Shown here in pieces: positions 36,461 through 46,026 of a DNA stretch of 64,000 bases. How positions within the stretch are numbered: position 1 is the stretch's first letter; each line of letters opens with the position of its first letter. The stretch is from an uncultured Clostridia bacterium (GTDB lineage Bacteria > Bacillota > Clostridia > Oscillospirales > Acutalibacteraceae). The stretch is taken from assembly GCA_947631705.1 (NCBI GenBank), contig CANRMJ010000003.1, forward strand, positions 6,566-70,565, given 5' to 3'. The notes beneath the pieces are model-generated. The model had not been told where the DNA came from. It saw nothing but the letters and a program-made list of their open reading frames with translations, and searched no databases. The position numbers and the translations under genes are program-made.

Positions 36461-36489
36461 TAGCCGAGATTTTTCTCGGCTTGTTTTTT
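36461..36489 (+). terminator. Rho-independent terminator after the divIC-like gene
   Basis: AGCCGAGA-tttt-TCTCGGCT followed by TGTTTTTTT. Confidence 0.85.
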
Positions 36490-36501
36490 TGGAGAAGAAA
36501 T

Positions 36502-37347
36502 ATGAGAGAAATAAGCGCAAATGAAATAACGCAGGCGGTTAAAAGGCTTGCGATAGAGGCAAATAAAATTTTGCCAAAGGACTTGGTTGACTGCATAGCT
36601 TGTTCAGCTTTGCGGGAAAAAAATAAAACCGCAAAATCAATACTCGGTGATTTGCAGGAGAATATCAACGCGGCAAGGGAACTTGATATTCCCGTTTGTC
36701 AAGACACTGGTATGGCGGTAGTGTTTGCTGAAATAGGGCAGGACGTTCATATTTCAGGCGGCAGCTTTGAGAATGCCGTGAACAACGGGATAAGCCTCGG
36801 TTATACAGACGGTTTGCTCCGAAAATCTGTTGTTCGTGACCCGCTTTTTGACAGAGTTAATACTAACGACAATACGCCGGCTATTATTCACACGAGAATT
36901 ATTAACGGTGATAAAATCAAAATAACGGTTGCTCCGAAAGGGTTTGGAAGTGAAAATATGAGCAGACTTCGTATGTTTACACCAAGCTGCGGCAGAGCAG
37001 AGATAATTGATTTTGTTGTTGATACCGTTAAGGCGGCGGGTTCAAATCCCTGCCCGCCTGTTGTGATAGGCGTTGGAATCGGCGGTGATTTTGAGTATTC
37101 CGCTCTCCTTGCAAAAAAAGCGGTTTGCCGCCCTGTATCTCAGCGAAACGAGATTGATTTTTACAGAGAAATGGAAGAGGAGATCCTTTATAAAATCAAT
37201 TCGCTTGATATAGGTCCGCAGGGATTCGGCGGAAAGACAACAGCACTTGCGGTCAATATAGAAACTTATCCCACGCATATCGCGGGTCTGCCTGTTGCCG
37301 TAAACGTCGGCTGCCACGTTACCCGTCACGCGTCAGAGGTAATATAA
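36502..37347 (+). CDS. Fe-S hydro-lyase alpha subunit (class I fumarate hydratase / L(+)-tartrate dehydratase alpha type)
   Basis: Motifs IPVCQDTGMAVVF, APKGFGSENMS and GVGIGG. The ATG at 36502 follows GGAGA. No beta-subunit gene is adjacent. Confidence 0.8.
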   Translation: MREISANEITQAVKRLAIEANKILPKDLVDCIACSALREKNKTAKSILGDLQENINAARELDIPVCQDTGMAVVFAEIGQDVHISGGSFENAVNNGISLGYTDGLLRKSVVRDPLFDRVNTNDNTPAIIHTRIINGDKIKITVAPKGFGSENMSRLRMFTPSCGRAEIIDFVVDTVKAAGSNPCPPVVIGVGIGGDFEYSALLAKKAVCRPVSQRNEIDFYREMEEEILYKINSLDIGPQGFGGKTTALAVNIETYPTHIAGLPVAVNVGCHVTRHASEVI

Positions 37348-37349
37348 AT

Positions 37350-38465
37350 ATGAATTTACATATGGTTGCGCCCTGCCTTTTTGGGATTGAGGGGCTTGTT
37401 TCAGATGAACTTAAAAATTTGGGCGCTGAAAATGTTGCCGCCGAAAACGGCAGGGTGTTTTTTGAAGGCGATGAGAATATTCTTGTTCGCGCAAATATAA
37501 ACAGCCGATTTTCGGAACGTGTTCTTATTGTGCTCCGCAGATTCAGGGCAGAAACGTTTACAGAGCTTTTTGACGCGGTAAAACTCATAAATTGGAGCGA
37601 TTTTATCGGCTCTCAGGACGCTTTTCCCGTTAAAGGGCACAGCCTTAATTCAAAACTCCATTCAATTCCCGACTGTCAAAAAATCATAAAAAAAGCGGTT
37701 GTTGAAAGTCTTAAAGACGATTATAATATCGGCTGGTTTGAGGAAACGGGAGCCGTTCATCAAATTCAGTTTTCAATAATTAAAGATGAAGTTACAATTA
37801 TGCTTGACACTTCAGGAGCAGGTCTTCACAAGAGGGGCTACAGACCCGTGGCAAACGATGCTCCGATAAGAGAAACGCTTGCCGCCGCAATGTGCTCGCT
37901 TTCTAAGTTGCGCCATTTTCACACTATGTATGATCCGTTTTGCGGCAGCGGCACTTTGCTTATTGAAGGCGCAATGCTTGCGAATAACATTGCTCCGGGG
38001 CTTAACCGCAGATTTTCGGCAGACAGGTGGGGTCTTTTTCCCGAAGAGGTTTGGAAACGGGAACGCCTGCGCTGCGATGATTTTGTTAAAAAAGATACAG
38101 ATTTTGCTGCGTTTGGGAGCGATATAGACAGACATTCTTTGGATCTTGCTCTTGCAAATGCAAAGCGCGCGGGTGTTGATAAATTTCTGAAACTTTCCAC
38201 GGCAGACATAAAAGATTTCCGACCGACGGGAGAAAAGGGAACGCTTGTTACAAATCCGCCTTACGGAGAACGTATGCTTGACGTGAGAGAGGCGGAGCGT
38301 CTCTATCATATTATGGGTGACAGATTTGCCGCAAAGCACGGCTGGAGCTACGGTATAATTTCTCCTGACGAGAATTTTGAAAAGTGCTTTGGCAGAAAGG
38401 CGGATAAGCGCCGCAAGCTCTATAACGGTATGATAAAATGCCAATATTATATGTATTTTAAATAA
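37350..38465 (+). CDS. THUMP-domain class I SAM-dependent RNA methyltransferase (RlmL/YpsC-like)
   Basis: N-terminal THUMP-like region, DPFCGSGTLLIEGA (SAM motif I) and NPPYGERM (motif IV). Confidence 0.8.
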   Translation: MNLHMVAPCLFGIEGLVSDELKNLGAENVAAENGRVFFEGDENILVRANINSRFSERVLIVLRRFRAETFTELFDAVKLINWSDFIGSQDAFPVKGHSLNSKLHSIPDCQKIIKKAVVESLKDDYNIGWFEETGAVHQIQFSIIKDEVTIMLDTSGAGLHKRGYRPVANDAPIRETLAAAMCSLSKLRHFHTMYDPFCGSGTLLIEGAMLANNIAPGLNRRFSADRWGLFPEEVWKRERLRCDDFVKKDTDFAAFGSDIDRHSLDLALANAKRAGVDKFLKLSTADIKDFRPTGEKGTLVTNPPYGERMLDVREAERLYHIMGDRFAAKHGWSYGIISPDENFEKCFGRKADKRRKLYNGMIKCQYYMYFK

Positions 38466-38470
38466 CAGTG

Positions 38471-38512
38471 GAGCGTTCACCGTTGCTTATGCAGCGGGGA
38501 ACGCTCTTTTTT
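38471..38512 (+). terminator. Strong rho-independent terminator
   Basis: A 16-bp stem GAGCGTTCACCGTTGC-ttat-GCAGCGGGGAACGCTC followed by TTTTTT. A second hairpin plus T-run follows at about 38514-38545. Confidence 0.85.
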
Positions 38513-38540
38513 GGGCACAGCCGCAAGGCTATGCCGTTTT

Positions 38541-39074
38541 TTATGTTTGATTTTTAGGAATATAAAGATTTTCCGTATCTATTCCTTCGTGCTTTAAAAG
38601 CTGAATCTTTTTGTCAATTCCGCCTGCGTATCCTGTTAGATTTCCTTTTGCGCCGATTACACGGTGGCAGGGAATGATAATTGAAATCGGATTGTGACCG
38701 ACTGCGCCGCCGACCGCCTGCGCGGACATAGTGCTTTTTCCGAACTGCTCGGCGATACGTTTTGAAATTGTGCCGTAGGTAATGGTTTCACCGTAAGGAA
38801 TTTCACAAAGGCATTTCCATACCGACTTGCGGAATTCACTGCCGCTCGGTTCGAGGGACAGCGTGTGGGGTGACGGCTTTTCGCCTGAAAAATATCCGTT
38901 AAGCCATGATTTTGCCTTAAAGAAAATCTGCAAATCGTTTTTCATCACAGGTGTTTCGGTGAGTGTATCGGCAAAATATTTCTGCCCTTCAATCCATAGT
39001 CCCGTAATGCTTTTTCCGTTGCTTGCAATAGTGAGTTTTCCAACGGGCGACGGATATTCCGTTAGATAAATCAT
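38541..39074 (-). CDS. ogt: Methylated-DNA--protein-cysteine methyltransferase
   Basis: Active-site motif IIIPCHRVIG and the helix-turn-wing region YGETITYG. Confidence 0.9.
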   Translation of the reverse strand: MIYLTEYPSPVGKLTIASNGKSITGLWIEGQKYFADTLTETPVMKNDLQIFFKAKSWLNGYFSGEKPSPHTLSLEPSGSEFRKSVWKCLCEIPYGETITYGTISKRIAEQFGKSTMSAQAVGGAVGHNPISIIIPCHRVIGAKGNLTGYAGGIDKKIQLLKHEGIDTENLYIPKNQT

Positions 39075-40120
39075 TTATTTACCTGCGATTTAACCGCCTC
39101 GGTGAGCATTGGAACGATTTTATTTAAATCGCCGACAATTCCGTAGTCTGCTATATCAAATATCGGAGCGGAGGGATCTTTGTTTATTGCAATTATGATA
39201 TCGGATTCTTCCATGCCGGCGGCGTGCTGAATTGCTCCGCTGATTCCGATTGCAAAATACAGATTAGGACGAACTGTTTTTCCCGTTTGCCCAACCTGCA
39301 GCTCTTTTGGTAACCAGCCGCTGTCAACAACTGCTCTTGAACAGGAAACGGCACCGCCGAGGGCGTCTGCAAGCTCCTCAAGGAGCTTGAAATTCTCTTT
39401 GCTGCCGACTCCTCTGCCGCCCGAAACAAGAATTTTTGCCTCTTGAATATCAACAGTTTGCGAAACCTCTTTTACTATATCAAGAATTTCAACATAGCAA
39501 TTGTTTTCTTTGATTTCAGGGCTGAATTCAATGATTTCCGCCTTTGCGTTTTCCTGCCTTTCCGCTTTCTGCATTACGCCGGGGCGGACGGTCGCCATTT
39601 GCGGGCGGTTGTCTGGGCAGGCGATAGTTGCAATTGTGTTTCCACCGAAAGCGGGACGCGTCATAAGTAACTGGTTATGCTTTTGCTCTCTGCCCGGCAG
39701 GGGATTAAGCGGAAAATCGCCTATTTCAAGCATGGTGCAGTCCGCAGTAAGCCCCGTGCCGACTCGCGCCGAAACGCGCGGACCTAAATCGCGCCCTATT
39801 GCCGTTGCGCCAACAAGCATGATTTCGGGCTTGTATTCGTTGATAGCCGCGGCGAGAGCCTGCGTGTACGGTTCCGTTCTGTAATTTTTAAGAACGGGAT
39901 TGTCAATAACAATAACCTTGTCTGCGCCGTATTCAGCCAGCGAGTTTGCAAGATTTTTGATTTCGGAGCCGATAAGAACGGCGGTGACATCCGTGTTAAG
40001 ACTTGACGCCAAATCCTTTGCCTTGCCCAAAAGCTCAAAAGATATTGGGCTGATCTTGCCGTCTGTCTGTTGGGCGAAAATGAAAACGCCTTTATATTGT
40101 TCAATGTTTTGAGTAACCAT
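39071..40120 (-). CDS. etfA: Electron transfer flavoprotein alpha subunit
   Basis: Motifs GGRG.G, LA..LGGAV..SR..VD.GW and PNLYFAIGISGAIQH. Confidence 0.9.
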   Translation of the reverse strand: MVTQNIEQYKGVFIFAQQTDGKISPISFELLGKAKDLASSLNTDVTAVLIGSEIKNLANSLAEYGADKVIVIDNPVLKNYRTEPYTQALAAAINEYKPEIMLVGATAIGRDLGPRVSARVGTGLTADCTMLEIGDFPLNPLPGREQKHNQLLMTRPAFGGNTIATIACPDNRPQMATVRPGVMQKAERQENAKAEIIEFSPEIKENNCYVEILDIVKEVSQTVDIQEAKILVSGGRGVGSKENFKLLEELADALGGAVSCSRAVVDSGWLPKELQVGQTGKTVRPNLYFAIGISGAIQHAAGMEESDIIIAINKDPSAPIFDIADYGIVGDLNKIVPMLTEAVKSQVNK

Positions 40121-40132
40121 TTTTCACCCTCC

Positions 40133-40918
40133 TCACACAATGTGTTTTTCGGCAAGCTTGCCCATAATGTAATCCACCGCTTCTTTTGGCGAATCGGGCG
40201 TTACGGTTTCGCCCGTGCCCTTTCTTACCTTGTCGGACGCTTTTGCGATTTTGGTGGGAGAACCGTTTAAACCGATATCGGAATCGTCTACGTCTTTAAG
40301 GTCGGCTCTGCCCCAAACGGTGATTTCTTTATTGTACGCGTCAAAAATTCCGCCAGGCGTCATATAGCGCGGCTCGTTCAGCTCTGAAAGCGCTGTTATC
40401 GCACACGGCATTTTTGCTTTAAGAATGTGATAGCCGTCGTCAAATCGGCGTTTAACGATAACGCTGTTGCCGTCTATCTTTATATCTTCGGCATATGAAA
40501 TCACGGGGATTCCGAGATGCTCCGCAATCTGCGGACCAACCTGCGCGGTGTCGCCGTCGATTGCCTGACGGCCTGTGATTATAAGATCATAATCAATATT
40601 TCTCAAGGCGCCTGCAATTGTTGTTGATGTTGCCCAAGTGTCTGCTCCTCCGAGAACTCTGTCCGTAATGAGTATTCCGTTGTCCGCGCCCATAGCCATT
40701 GCCTCGCGCAGCACATCTTCCGCCTTTGGAAGTCCCATTGTAACGGCTGTAACCTCGGCGCCGAATTCGTCTTTAATTTTGAGAGCCGCTTCAAGACCCG
40801 CTTTGTCGTCCGGATTCATAATAGTGAGCATGGCTGCTCTGTTTAATGTGCCGTCGGGGTTGAACTGAACTCCGCCCTTTGTGTCGGGCACCTGCTTTAT
40901 GCAAACTGCTATTTTCAT
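40133..40918 (-). CDS. etfB: Electron transfer flavoprotein beta subunit
   Basis: Motifs MKIAVCIKQVPD and DLIITGRQAIDGDT.QVGP. Confidence 0.9.
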   Translation of the reverse strand: MKIAVCIKQVPDTKGGVQFNPDGTLNRAAMLTIMNPDDKAGLEAALKIKDEFGAEVTAVTMGLPKAEDVLREAMAMGADNGILITDRVLGGADTWATSTTIAGALRNIDYDLIITGRQAIDGDTAQVGPQIAEHLGIPVISYAEDIKIDGNSVIVKRRFDDGYHILKAKMPCAITALSELNEPRYMTPGGIFDAYNKEITVWGRADLKDVDDSDIGLNGSPTKIAKASDKVRKGTGETVTPDSPKEAVDYIMGKLAEKHIV

Positions 40919-40931
40919 TTTTGTGCCCTCC

Positions 40932-42086
40932 TTATTTAAGCAAATCGCCGCTGATAACCATACGCTGAACCTCAGATGTGCCCTCGTATATCTCTGTTAT
41001 CTTTGCGTCGCGCATCATACGCTCAACTTCGTATTCACGGATATAGCCGTAACCTCCGAGAAGCTGAACGGCTTTTGTTGTAACATCCATTGCGGTTTCG
41101 GCCGCGAAAAGTTTTGCCTGCGCCGCCTCAACGGAATAAACCTTTTTAGTTCCCTTTGCCAGCGCCGCTTTATAAACAAGCATTTTTGCCGCCTCAACCT
41201 TTGTTGCCATATCGGCAAGAGTGAACTGCGTGTTTTGAAAAGCGGAAATTGCTCTGCCGAACTGTTTTCTTTCTTTAACATACTGAACGGCTCTGTCGAG
41301 CGCGCCTTCGGCTATTCCGAGAGCCTGCGCGGCAATTCCTATACGTCCGCCGTCAAGCGTGTGCATAGCGATTCCGAACCCTTTTCCCTGAGGGCCGAGA
41401 ATATTCTCTTTCGGAATTCTGCAATCCTGAAAAATTAGCTCATATGTTGACGAACCGCGTATGCCCATTTTCTTTTCCTTTGTTCCGAATAAGAAACCCG
41501 GAGCGGTTTTAGGAACTATAAATGCGGAAAAAAGCTTTTTCTTTCTGCCGCGTTTGTCTTCAACGATATCGGTAACCGCGATAACTATATAGATATCGGC
41601 CTCTTTGCCGTTCGTTATAAAGCATTTTGAACCGTTGAGCACCCATTCGTCGCCGTCAAGCACTGCCTTTGTCTGCGCGCCCTGAGCGTCTGTGCCCGCG
41701 CCGGGTTCAGTCAGAGCAAATGCTCCGAGCATTTCTCCGCTTGCAAGCGGCTTTAAATATTTTTGCTTTTGCTCTTCGGTGCCGTACATGAGTATTGGGT
41801 CGCAGCAAAGAGAAGTGTGAGCCGATACGATAACGCCTGTTGTTGCACATACTTTTGAAATCTCCTCAACGCACATTACATATGTAAGCGCGTCGCAGCC
41901 CTGCCCGCCGTACTCTTTTGGAACGGGTATTCCCATAAAGCCGTATTTTTGCAGCTTGTTAACGGTTTCACGCGGGAATTTTTCCGTTTCATCCGTTTCA
42001 ATCGCAAGGGGCTTTACTTCTTTCTCTGCAAAGTCACTGAAAAGCTTTTTTGCCATTTCGTGCTCTTTACTAAGTGTAAAATTCAT
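40932..42086 (-). CDS. bcd: Butyryl-CoA dehydrogenase (short-chain acyl-CoA dehydrogenase)
   Basis: Motifs ALTEPGAGTDA, GG.G and IYEGTSE.QR. The bcd-etfB-etfA arrangement supports the call. Confidence 0.9.
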   Translation of the reverse strand: MNFTLSKEHEMAKKLFSDFAEKEVKPLAIETDETEKFPRETVNKLQKYGFMGIPVPKEYGGQGCDALTYVMCVEEISKVCATTGVIVSAHTSLCCDPILMYGTEEQKQKYLKPLASGEMLGAFALTEPGAGTDAQGAQTKAVLDGDEWVLNGSKCFITNGKEADIYIVIAVTDIVEDKRGRKKKLFSAFIVPKTAPGFLFGTKEKKMGIRGSSTYELIFQDCRIPKENILGPQGKGFGIAMHTLDGGRIGIAAQALGIAEGALDRAVQYVKERKQFGRAISAFQNTQFTLADMATKVEAAKMLVYKAALAKGTKKVYSVEAAQAKLFAAETAMDVTTKAVQLLGGYGYIREYEVERMMRDAKITEIYEGTSEVQRMVISGDLLK

Positions 42087-42116
42087 TTATTTTTTCCTCC
42101 GATAAAGGGTTATAAA

Positions 42117-42956
42117 TTATTTGCGGTAATCATAAAAACCAACGCCTGTTTTGCGGCCGAGCTTGCCGGCGCGAACCATCTTTTTAAGAAGCGTTGCCGG
42201 TCGGTATTTGGAATCGCCTGTTTCTGCGTAGATAACCTCCATTATAGCCAAAACGATATCAAGACCGATATAGTCGCCGAGCTCAAGCGGACCCATCGGG
42301 TGATTTGCTCCGAGTTTCATTGCGGTGTCGATATCCTCTATGCTCGCAATGCCCATCTCGTAAACGGTGATACCTTCGTTTATTAAGGGAATGAGTATTC
42401 TGTTCACAACAAAGCCGGGAGCTTCGTTTACCTCAACGGGAGTTTTGCCTATTTCTTCGGCAATAGCCTTGATTTTCGCAACCATTTCGGACGGTGTGTT
42501 GGCACCGGCGATAACCTCAACGAGTTTCATTACAGGAGCCGGATTGAAGAAATGCATTCCTATAAGCGGTCTGTCGAGCTCCGCACCGATTTCCGTGATT
42601 GAAAGAGAGGAGGTGTTTGTTGCGAACATACAGTCGCTCTTAACTATTTCCTGTAATTCTTTAAACGTTTGTTTCTTTACGTCCATAACCTCAAGCGCCG
42701 CCTCAACGATTAAATCGCAGTCGGTGCATATTTCTTTTGTGCCTGTGGTGATTTTTGCAAGGATTTCGTCTGCCTTATCCTGCTCCATTTTGCCTTTGGC
42801 AATTCTTTTTTCAAAGCCTTTTGCGATTTTCTTTTTGCCGTTTGCGGCAAATTCGTTGTTGATATCGCAAAGTATAACCTCATACCCGTCTACCTGTGCA
42901 AATGCTTGGGCAATACCGCTACCCATTGTGCCTGCGCCTATAATTCCGACTTTCAT
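42117..42956 (-). CDS. hbd: 3-hydroxybutyryl-CoA dehydrogenase
   Basis: Motifs [32 protein letters not shown] and GF..NR.L. Confidence 0.9.
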   Translation of the reverse strand: MKVGIIGAGTMGSGIAQAFAQVDGYEVILCDINNEFAANGKKKIAKGFEKRIAKGKMEQDKADEILAKITTGTKEICTDCDLIVEAALEVMDVKKQTFKELQEIVKSDCMFATNTSSLSITEIGAELDRPLIGMHFFNPAPVMKLVEVIAGANTPSEMVAKIKAIAEEIGKTPVEVNEAPGFVVNRILIPLINEGITVYEMGIASIEDIDTAMKLGANHPMGPLELGDYIGLDIVLAIMEVIYAETGDSKYRPATLLKKMVRAGKLGRKTGVGFYDYRK

Positions 42957-42974
42957 TATGTTTTCCTCCTGTAA

Positions 42975-43760
42975 TTATTTGTTTTTAAACGGCTCTTTAA
43001 CCTTTTCCTTGTTCCTGTCAAGGAAAAATGCCATGCCGTATTTTTGATCTTCTGTTTCAAAGCAGTCGCCGAAGAGTTTTTCCTCTATGGTGAGCGCATT
43101 GTCAATATCTGTTTGAAGTCCGTTGTTTATCGCTTTTTTGCAGTTGCGAACCGCGATCGGCGCGTTAGACGCGATTATCGACGCCATTTTATTAGCCGCG
43201 GCCATAAGCTCGTCGGCAGGGTAAACGGCGTTTACAAGACCTATTCTGAGAGCCTCGGGAGCCTTGATATTTCTCGCTGTGAAAATAAGCTGCTTTGCCA
43301 TCCCAACTCCAACAATTCTTGCAAGGCGCTGCGTGCCGCCGAATCCCGGTGTGATTCCGAGCCCCGCTTCGGGCTGACCGAAAATAGCGTTTTCGGAACA
43401 GATTCTTATGTCGCACGCCATCGCTATCTCACATCCGCCGCCGAGAGCAAATCCGTTTACAGCCGCAATTACGGGAATGGGAAGAGTTTCGATTTTTCTG
43501 AAAATATCATTTCCCTTTTTGCCGAAAGCCTCGCCTTCCGCTTTGGTAAGGGAGCTCATTTCGCCTATGTCCGCGCCTGCAACAAAGGATTTTTCACCTG
43601 CGCCGGTAATGATAAGCGCACGGATTTTATCGGTATCTATTGCATCAACGGTCTGTTCAATTTCGTCAAGCACCGCGCTGTTAAGAGCGTTGAGCGCTTT
43701 TGGACGGTTTATGGTTAAAACCGCAACAGCTCCGTTGACTTCGTAATTTACAAATTCCAT
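42975..43760 (-). CDS. crt: Short-chain enoyl-CoA hydratase (crotonase)
   Basis: Motifs [23 protein letters not shown] and ALGGGCE.AM.CD. Confidence 0.9.
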   Translation of the reverse strand: MEFVNYEVNGAVAVLTINRPKALNALNSAVLDEIEQTVDAIDTDKIRALIITGAGEKSFVAGADIGEMSSLTKAEGEAFGKKGNDIFRKIETLPIPVIAAVNGFALGGGCEIAMACDIRICSENAIFGQPEAGLGITPGFGGTQRLARIVGVGMAKQLIFTARNIKAPEALRIGLVNAVYPADELMAAANKMASIIASNAPIAVRNCKKAINNGLQTDIDNALTIEEKLFGDCFETEDQKYGMAFFLDRNKEKVKEPFKNK

Positions 43761-43775
43761 ATCCGTTACCTCTGA

Positions 43776-44957
43776 TCAATCTCTTTTTACAATTGTTGAG
43801 CAACCCATTCCGCCGCCTATGCAGAGCGTTGCAAGACCTGTTTTTGCATCTCTCTTTTCCATTTCGTGGAGAAGTGTAACAAGAATACGGCATCCTGAAG
43901 CGCCTACGGGGTGCCCTAATGCGATAGCGCCGCCGTTTACGTTGAGCCTCGACGCGTCAAAGCCAAGCTCACGCCCTACCGCAATCGACTGAGCGGCAAA
44001 CGCCTCGTTTGCTTCTATAAGGTCAAAATCGCTGATATTCATACCTGTTTTTGAAAGAACTTTTCTTGTTGAGGCAACGGGACCGATTCCCATTATTTCG
44101 GGCTCAACACCGGCAAGGGCGCCGCAAACCCATGTTGCCATAGGCTTAACACCGAGTTCTTTTGCCTTTTCTTCGCTCATAACAACTATTGCGGCAGCAC
44201 CGTCGTTAATGCTTGACGCGTTTGCCGCGGTAACCAAACCGTCTTTCTTAAATGCGGGGCGAAGTCTTGCAAGGCTTTCTGCGGTAACTCCTTTGCGCGG
44301 GCTCTCATCCGTGTCAAAAATAATCGTTTCCTTTTTCTTCTTAACTTCCACGGGCACGATTTCGTCCTTAAATTTTCCTTCTGCCATCGCCTTTTCGCAT
44401 TTCTGCTGGCTTGTTGCGGAAAATTCGTCGAGCTCCTCACGTGTTATGCCGTATTTTTCGCAGACGTTTTCAGCGGTGATTCCCATATGATAATCGTTGA
44501 AAGCGTCCCAGAGCGCGTCGTTTACCATTGTGTCAATCATAGGTGCGTTGCCCATGCGGTAGCCGTAACGCCCCTGCTTTAACGCATAGGGAGCCATGCT
44601 CATATTTTCCGTGCCGCCGGCAACAACGATATCCGCGTCGCCGCACTGAATCATCTGCGCCGCAAGATTTACACAGTTAAGACCTGAGCCGCACACAACG
44701 TTTATCGTTACAGCGGGAGTTTTATATGAAAGACCTGCTTTGATTGACGCCTGGCGAGCAATGTTTTGACCCTGAGCTGCCTGAATAACGCAGCCCATAT
44801 ATACATGATCTACTTCCTCTGCCGGTACGCCCGCTCTTTTAAGAGCCTCTTTAATTACGATTGCGCCCAAATCAGCGGCGGGAGTGGTGCTGAGTGTTCC
44901 GCCCATAGAGCCGATTGCTGTGCGGCATGCGCCTGCCAAAACTATTTTTTTAGACAT
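43776..44957 (-). CDS. thl: Acetyl-CoA C-acetyltransferase (thiolase)
   Basis: Motifs [29 protein letters not shown] and CIGGG.G. The ATG at 44957 (MSKKIVLAG) is preferred over the track start at 44987. Confidence 0.9.
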   Translation of the reverse strand: MSKKIVLAGACRTAIGSMGGTLSTTPAADLGAIVIKEALKRAGVPAEEVDHVYMGCVIQAAQGQNIARQASIKAGLSYKTPAVTINVVCGSGLNCVNLAAQMIQCGDADIVVAGGTENMSMAPYALKQGRYGYRMGNAPMIDTMVNDALWDAFNDYHMGITAENVCEKYGITREELDEFSATSQQKCEKAMAEGKFKDEIVPVEVKKKKETIIFDTDESPRKGVTAESLARLRPAFKKDGLVTAANASSINDGAAAIVVMSEEKAKELGVKPMATWVCGALAGVEPEIMGIGPVASTRKVLSKTGMNISDFDLIEANEAFAAQSIAVGRELGFDASRLNVNGGAIALGHPVGASGCRILVTLLHEMEKRDAKTGLATLCIGGGMGCSTIVKRD

Positions 44958-45058
44958 ATTGAATACCAATAACCTTTCTGCCCACAAACATTTACGCTTA
45001 TCTTATCGGTGGGCTGATAAGGCGTATCGGCTGATTTTCAGCCTTTTATTTTACTTTC

Positions 45059-45087
45059 ATTATATATGCGGCAATGTAAATTGTCAA
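45059..45087 (-). promoter_or_regulatory. Putative sigma-A promoter of the thl-crt-hbd-bcd-etfBA operon
   Basis: The minus strand reads TTGACA (45087-45082), 17 nt, then TATAAT (45064-45059), about 100 nt upstream of the thl ATG. Confidence 0.6.
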
Positions 45088-45098
45088 CAAATTAACAA
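45081..45098 (-). promoter_or_regulatory. Rex-type operator candidate overlapping the -35 of the butyrate operon promoter
   Basis: TTGTCAAcaaaTTAACAA, against the clostridial Rex consensus TTGTTAAnnnnTTAACAA recalled from memory (1 mismatch in the half-sites). Confidence 0.55.
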
Positions 45099-45167
45099 TA
45101 TTTATTGCATATAAAAAATTGCCACAAAAACATTGTTTATTTTGTGACAATTATACAATCTGATTTT

Positions 45168-45884
45168 TTATTTTTCGGGGTTCATTGCGTTGTATGAGGT
45201 CAAAACCGCCTCGTCGCTTATGTTGCATCCCATTTCCCAAATCGGAACCTTGCCGAATATCTCCTCCAAAACATCAAAAAGCATTTCCATAGTTTGGGAA
45301 CCGAGTCTTCTCACGGTTTGGGAAAATATATTATATACGGCTTTTGTTGTGTCTGCTTTTTTTATATGATTGGTTTCACTGCGTTCAATAAAACAGATTC
45401 CGGCAAGAGGCACGATTTCGGGGGTTGAGTAATCGTATTTGCCGCTCCACGGAGTGCCGCAGGCGTATATTTTGCCGTTTATGAGTCTTATTGCGGGTTT
45501 ATCGTCGTTTAATATATGGGCTCTGTTGCCGAAATGTTTAAGCCAAAGCTGAGTGTGAGTTGATTTTCCTACGCCCGGATCCGCCGAAAAGGCATAGGCA
45601 AAACCGTCTACTACAACGCACGAGGAATGAAGAAGTATCCCGTTGAATTTTATAAGGTTAGTATAGAAATCAGAGCCGGAATGCATATATTCCCAGTCGT
45701 CATAACCCATTTCGGGGTGTTCGGTCATTGAATCAACAACCCTTTGCCTGTTTACGTCAATTAATATATCAATCGGCTGATTTTCAGACTGATCCTCAGC
45801 AAGATAGGGAACGGCCTGCTTTTCGGTTCTTTTTCCGGGATTGTTTATTTTTACTTTAAGCGCCGCGATATCGTAGATTGCCAT
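45168..45884 (-). CDS. Hypothetical P-loop protein resembling the HPr kinase C-terminal (HprK-related kinase) fold
   Basis: LLHSSCVVVDGFAYAFSADPGVGKSTHT resembles the HprK-like 'LHAS.V...G.A..F.G.SG.GKST' pattern. It has its own promoter (45917-45945). Confidence 0.45.
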   Translation of the reverse strand: MAIYDIAALKVKINNPGKRTEKQAVPYLAEDQSENQPIDILIDVNRQRVVDSMTEHPEMGYDDWEYMHSGSDFYTNLIKFNGILLHSSCVVVDGFAYAFSADPGVGKSTHTQLWLKHFGNRAHILNDDKPAIRLINGKIYACGTPWSGKYDYSTPEIVPLAGICFIERSETNHIKKADTTKAVYNIFSQTVRRLGSQTMEMLFDVLEEIFGKVPIWEMGCNISDEAVLTSYNAMNPEK

Positions 45885-45916
45885 ATGTTTGCTCCGTTCA
45901 ATTCTATGTTAGATAT

Positions 45917-45945
45917 AGTATAAATTATTTATTTTTTTCCGTCAA
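45917..45945 (-). promoter_or_regulatory. Putative sigma-A promoter for the HprK-like gene
   Basis: The minus strand reads TTGACG, 17 nt, then TATACT. Confidence 0.45.
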
Positions 45946-45971
45946 GATTTTTAAATGAAAAGATAAAAGAG

Positions 45972-46000
45972 TTGACAAACGTATGTTCTAATGTTATAAT
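45972..46000 (+). promoter_or_regulatory. Sigma-A promoter of dinB
   Basis: Consensus TTGACA (45972-45977), exactly 17 nt, then TATAAT (45995-46000). Confidence 0.7.
45976..45989 (+). promoter_or_regulatory. LexA (Cheo/SOS) box 1, within the promoter spacer
   Basis: CAAACGTATGTTCT against the Bacillus-type consensus CGAACRNRYGTTYC (2 mismatches at the edges). Confidence 0.6.
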
Positions 46001-46014
46001 GAAACAAATGTTCT
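46001..46014 (+). promoter_or_regulatory. LexA (Cheo/SOS) box 2, immediately downstream of the -10
   Basis: GAAACAAATGTTCT. The AAC-N4-GTTC core is conserved. Confidence 0.55.
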
Positions 46015-46026
46015 AAGGGTGAAAAA

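Noticed and set aside
38471-38512. The terminator shares the 10-mer CCGTTGCTTA with repeat family B, so it might be a third copy.
   Set aside because: Similarity is limited to about 10 nt, the ACAATAG loop is absent, and the stem partners differ. It is compatible with chance and is a conventional terminator with a U-tract.
40881-43746. Long plus-strand ORFs (185-226 aa: 40881-41438, 42367-43047, 43044-43718, 43408-43746) lie opposite bcd, hbd and crt.
   Set aside because: They are fully antisense to strongly recognisable, full-length metabolic genes. They have low-complexity or odd composition (Ser/Phe/Cys/Arg rich) and no SD-like start context. These are typical shadow ORFs of genes with RNY-biased codons.
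45052-45082. ACTTTCATTATATATGCGGCAATGTAAAT loosely resembles a Firmicute dif (XerCD) site (ACTTCCTAGAATATATATTATGTAAACT as recalled).
   Set aside because: The right-arm ATGTAAA is displaced by about 3-4 nt relative to the central hexamer, and the left arm matches poorly. The segment is better explained as the -10/spacer region of the thl promoter.
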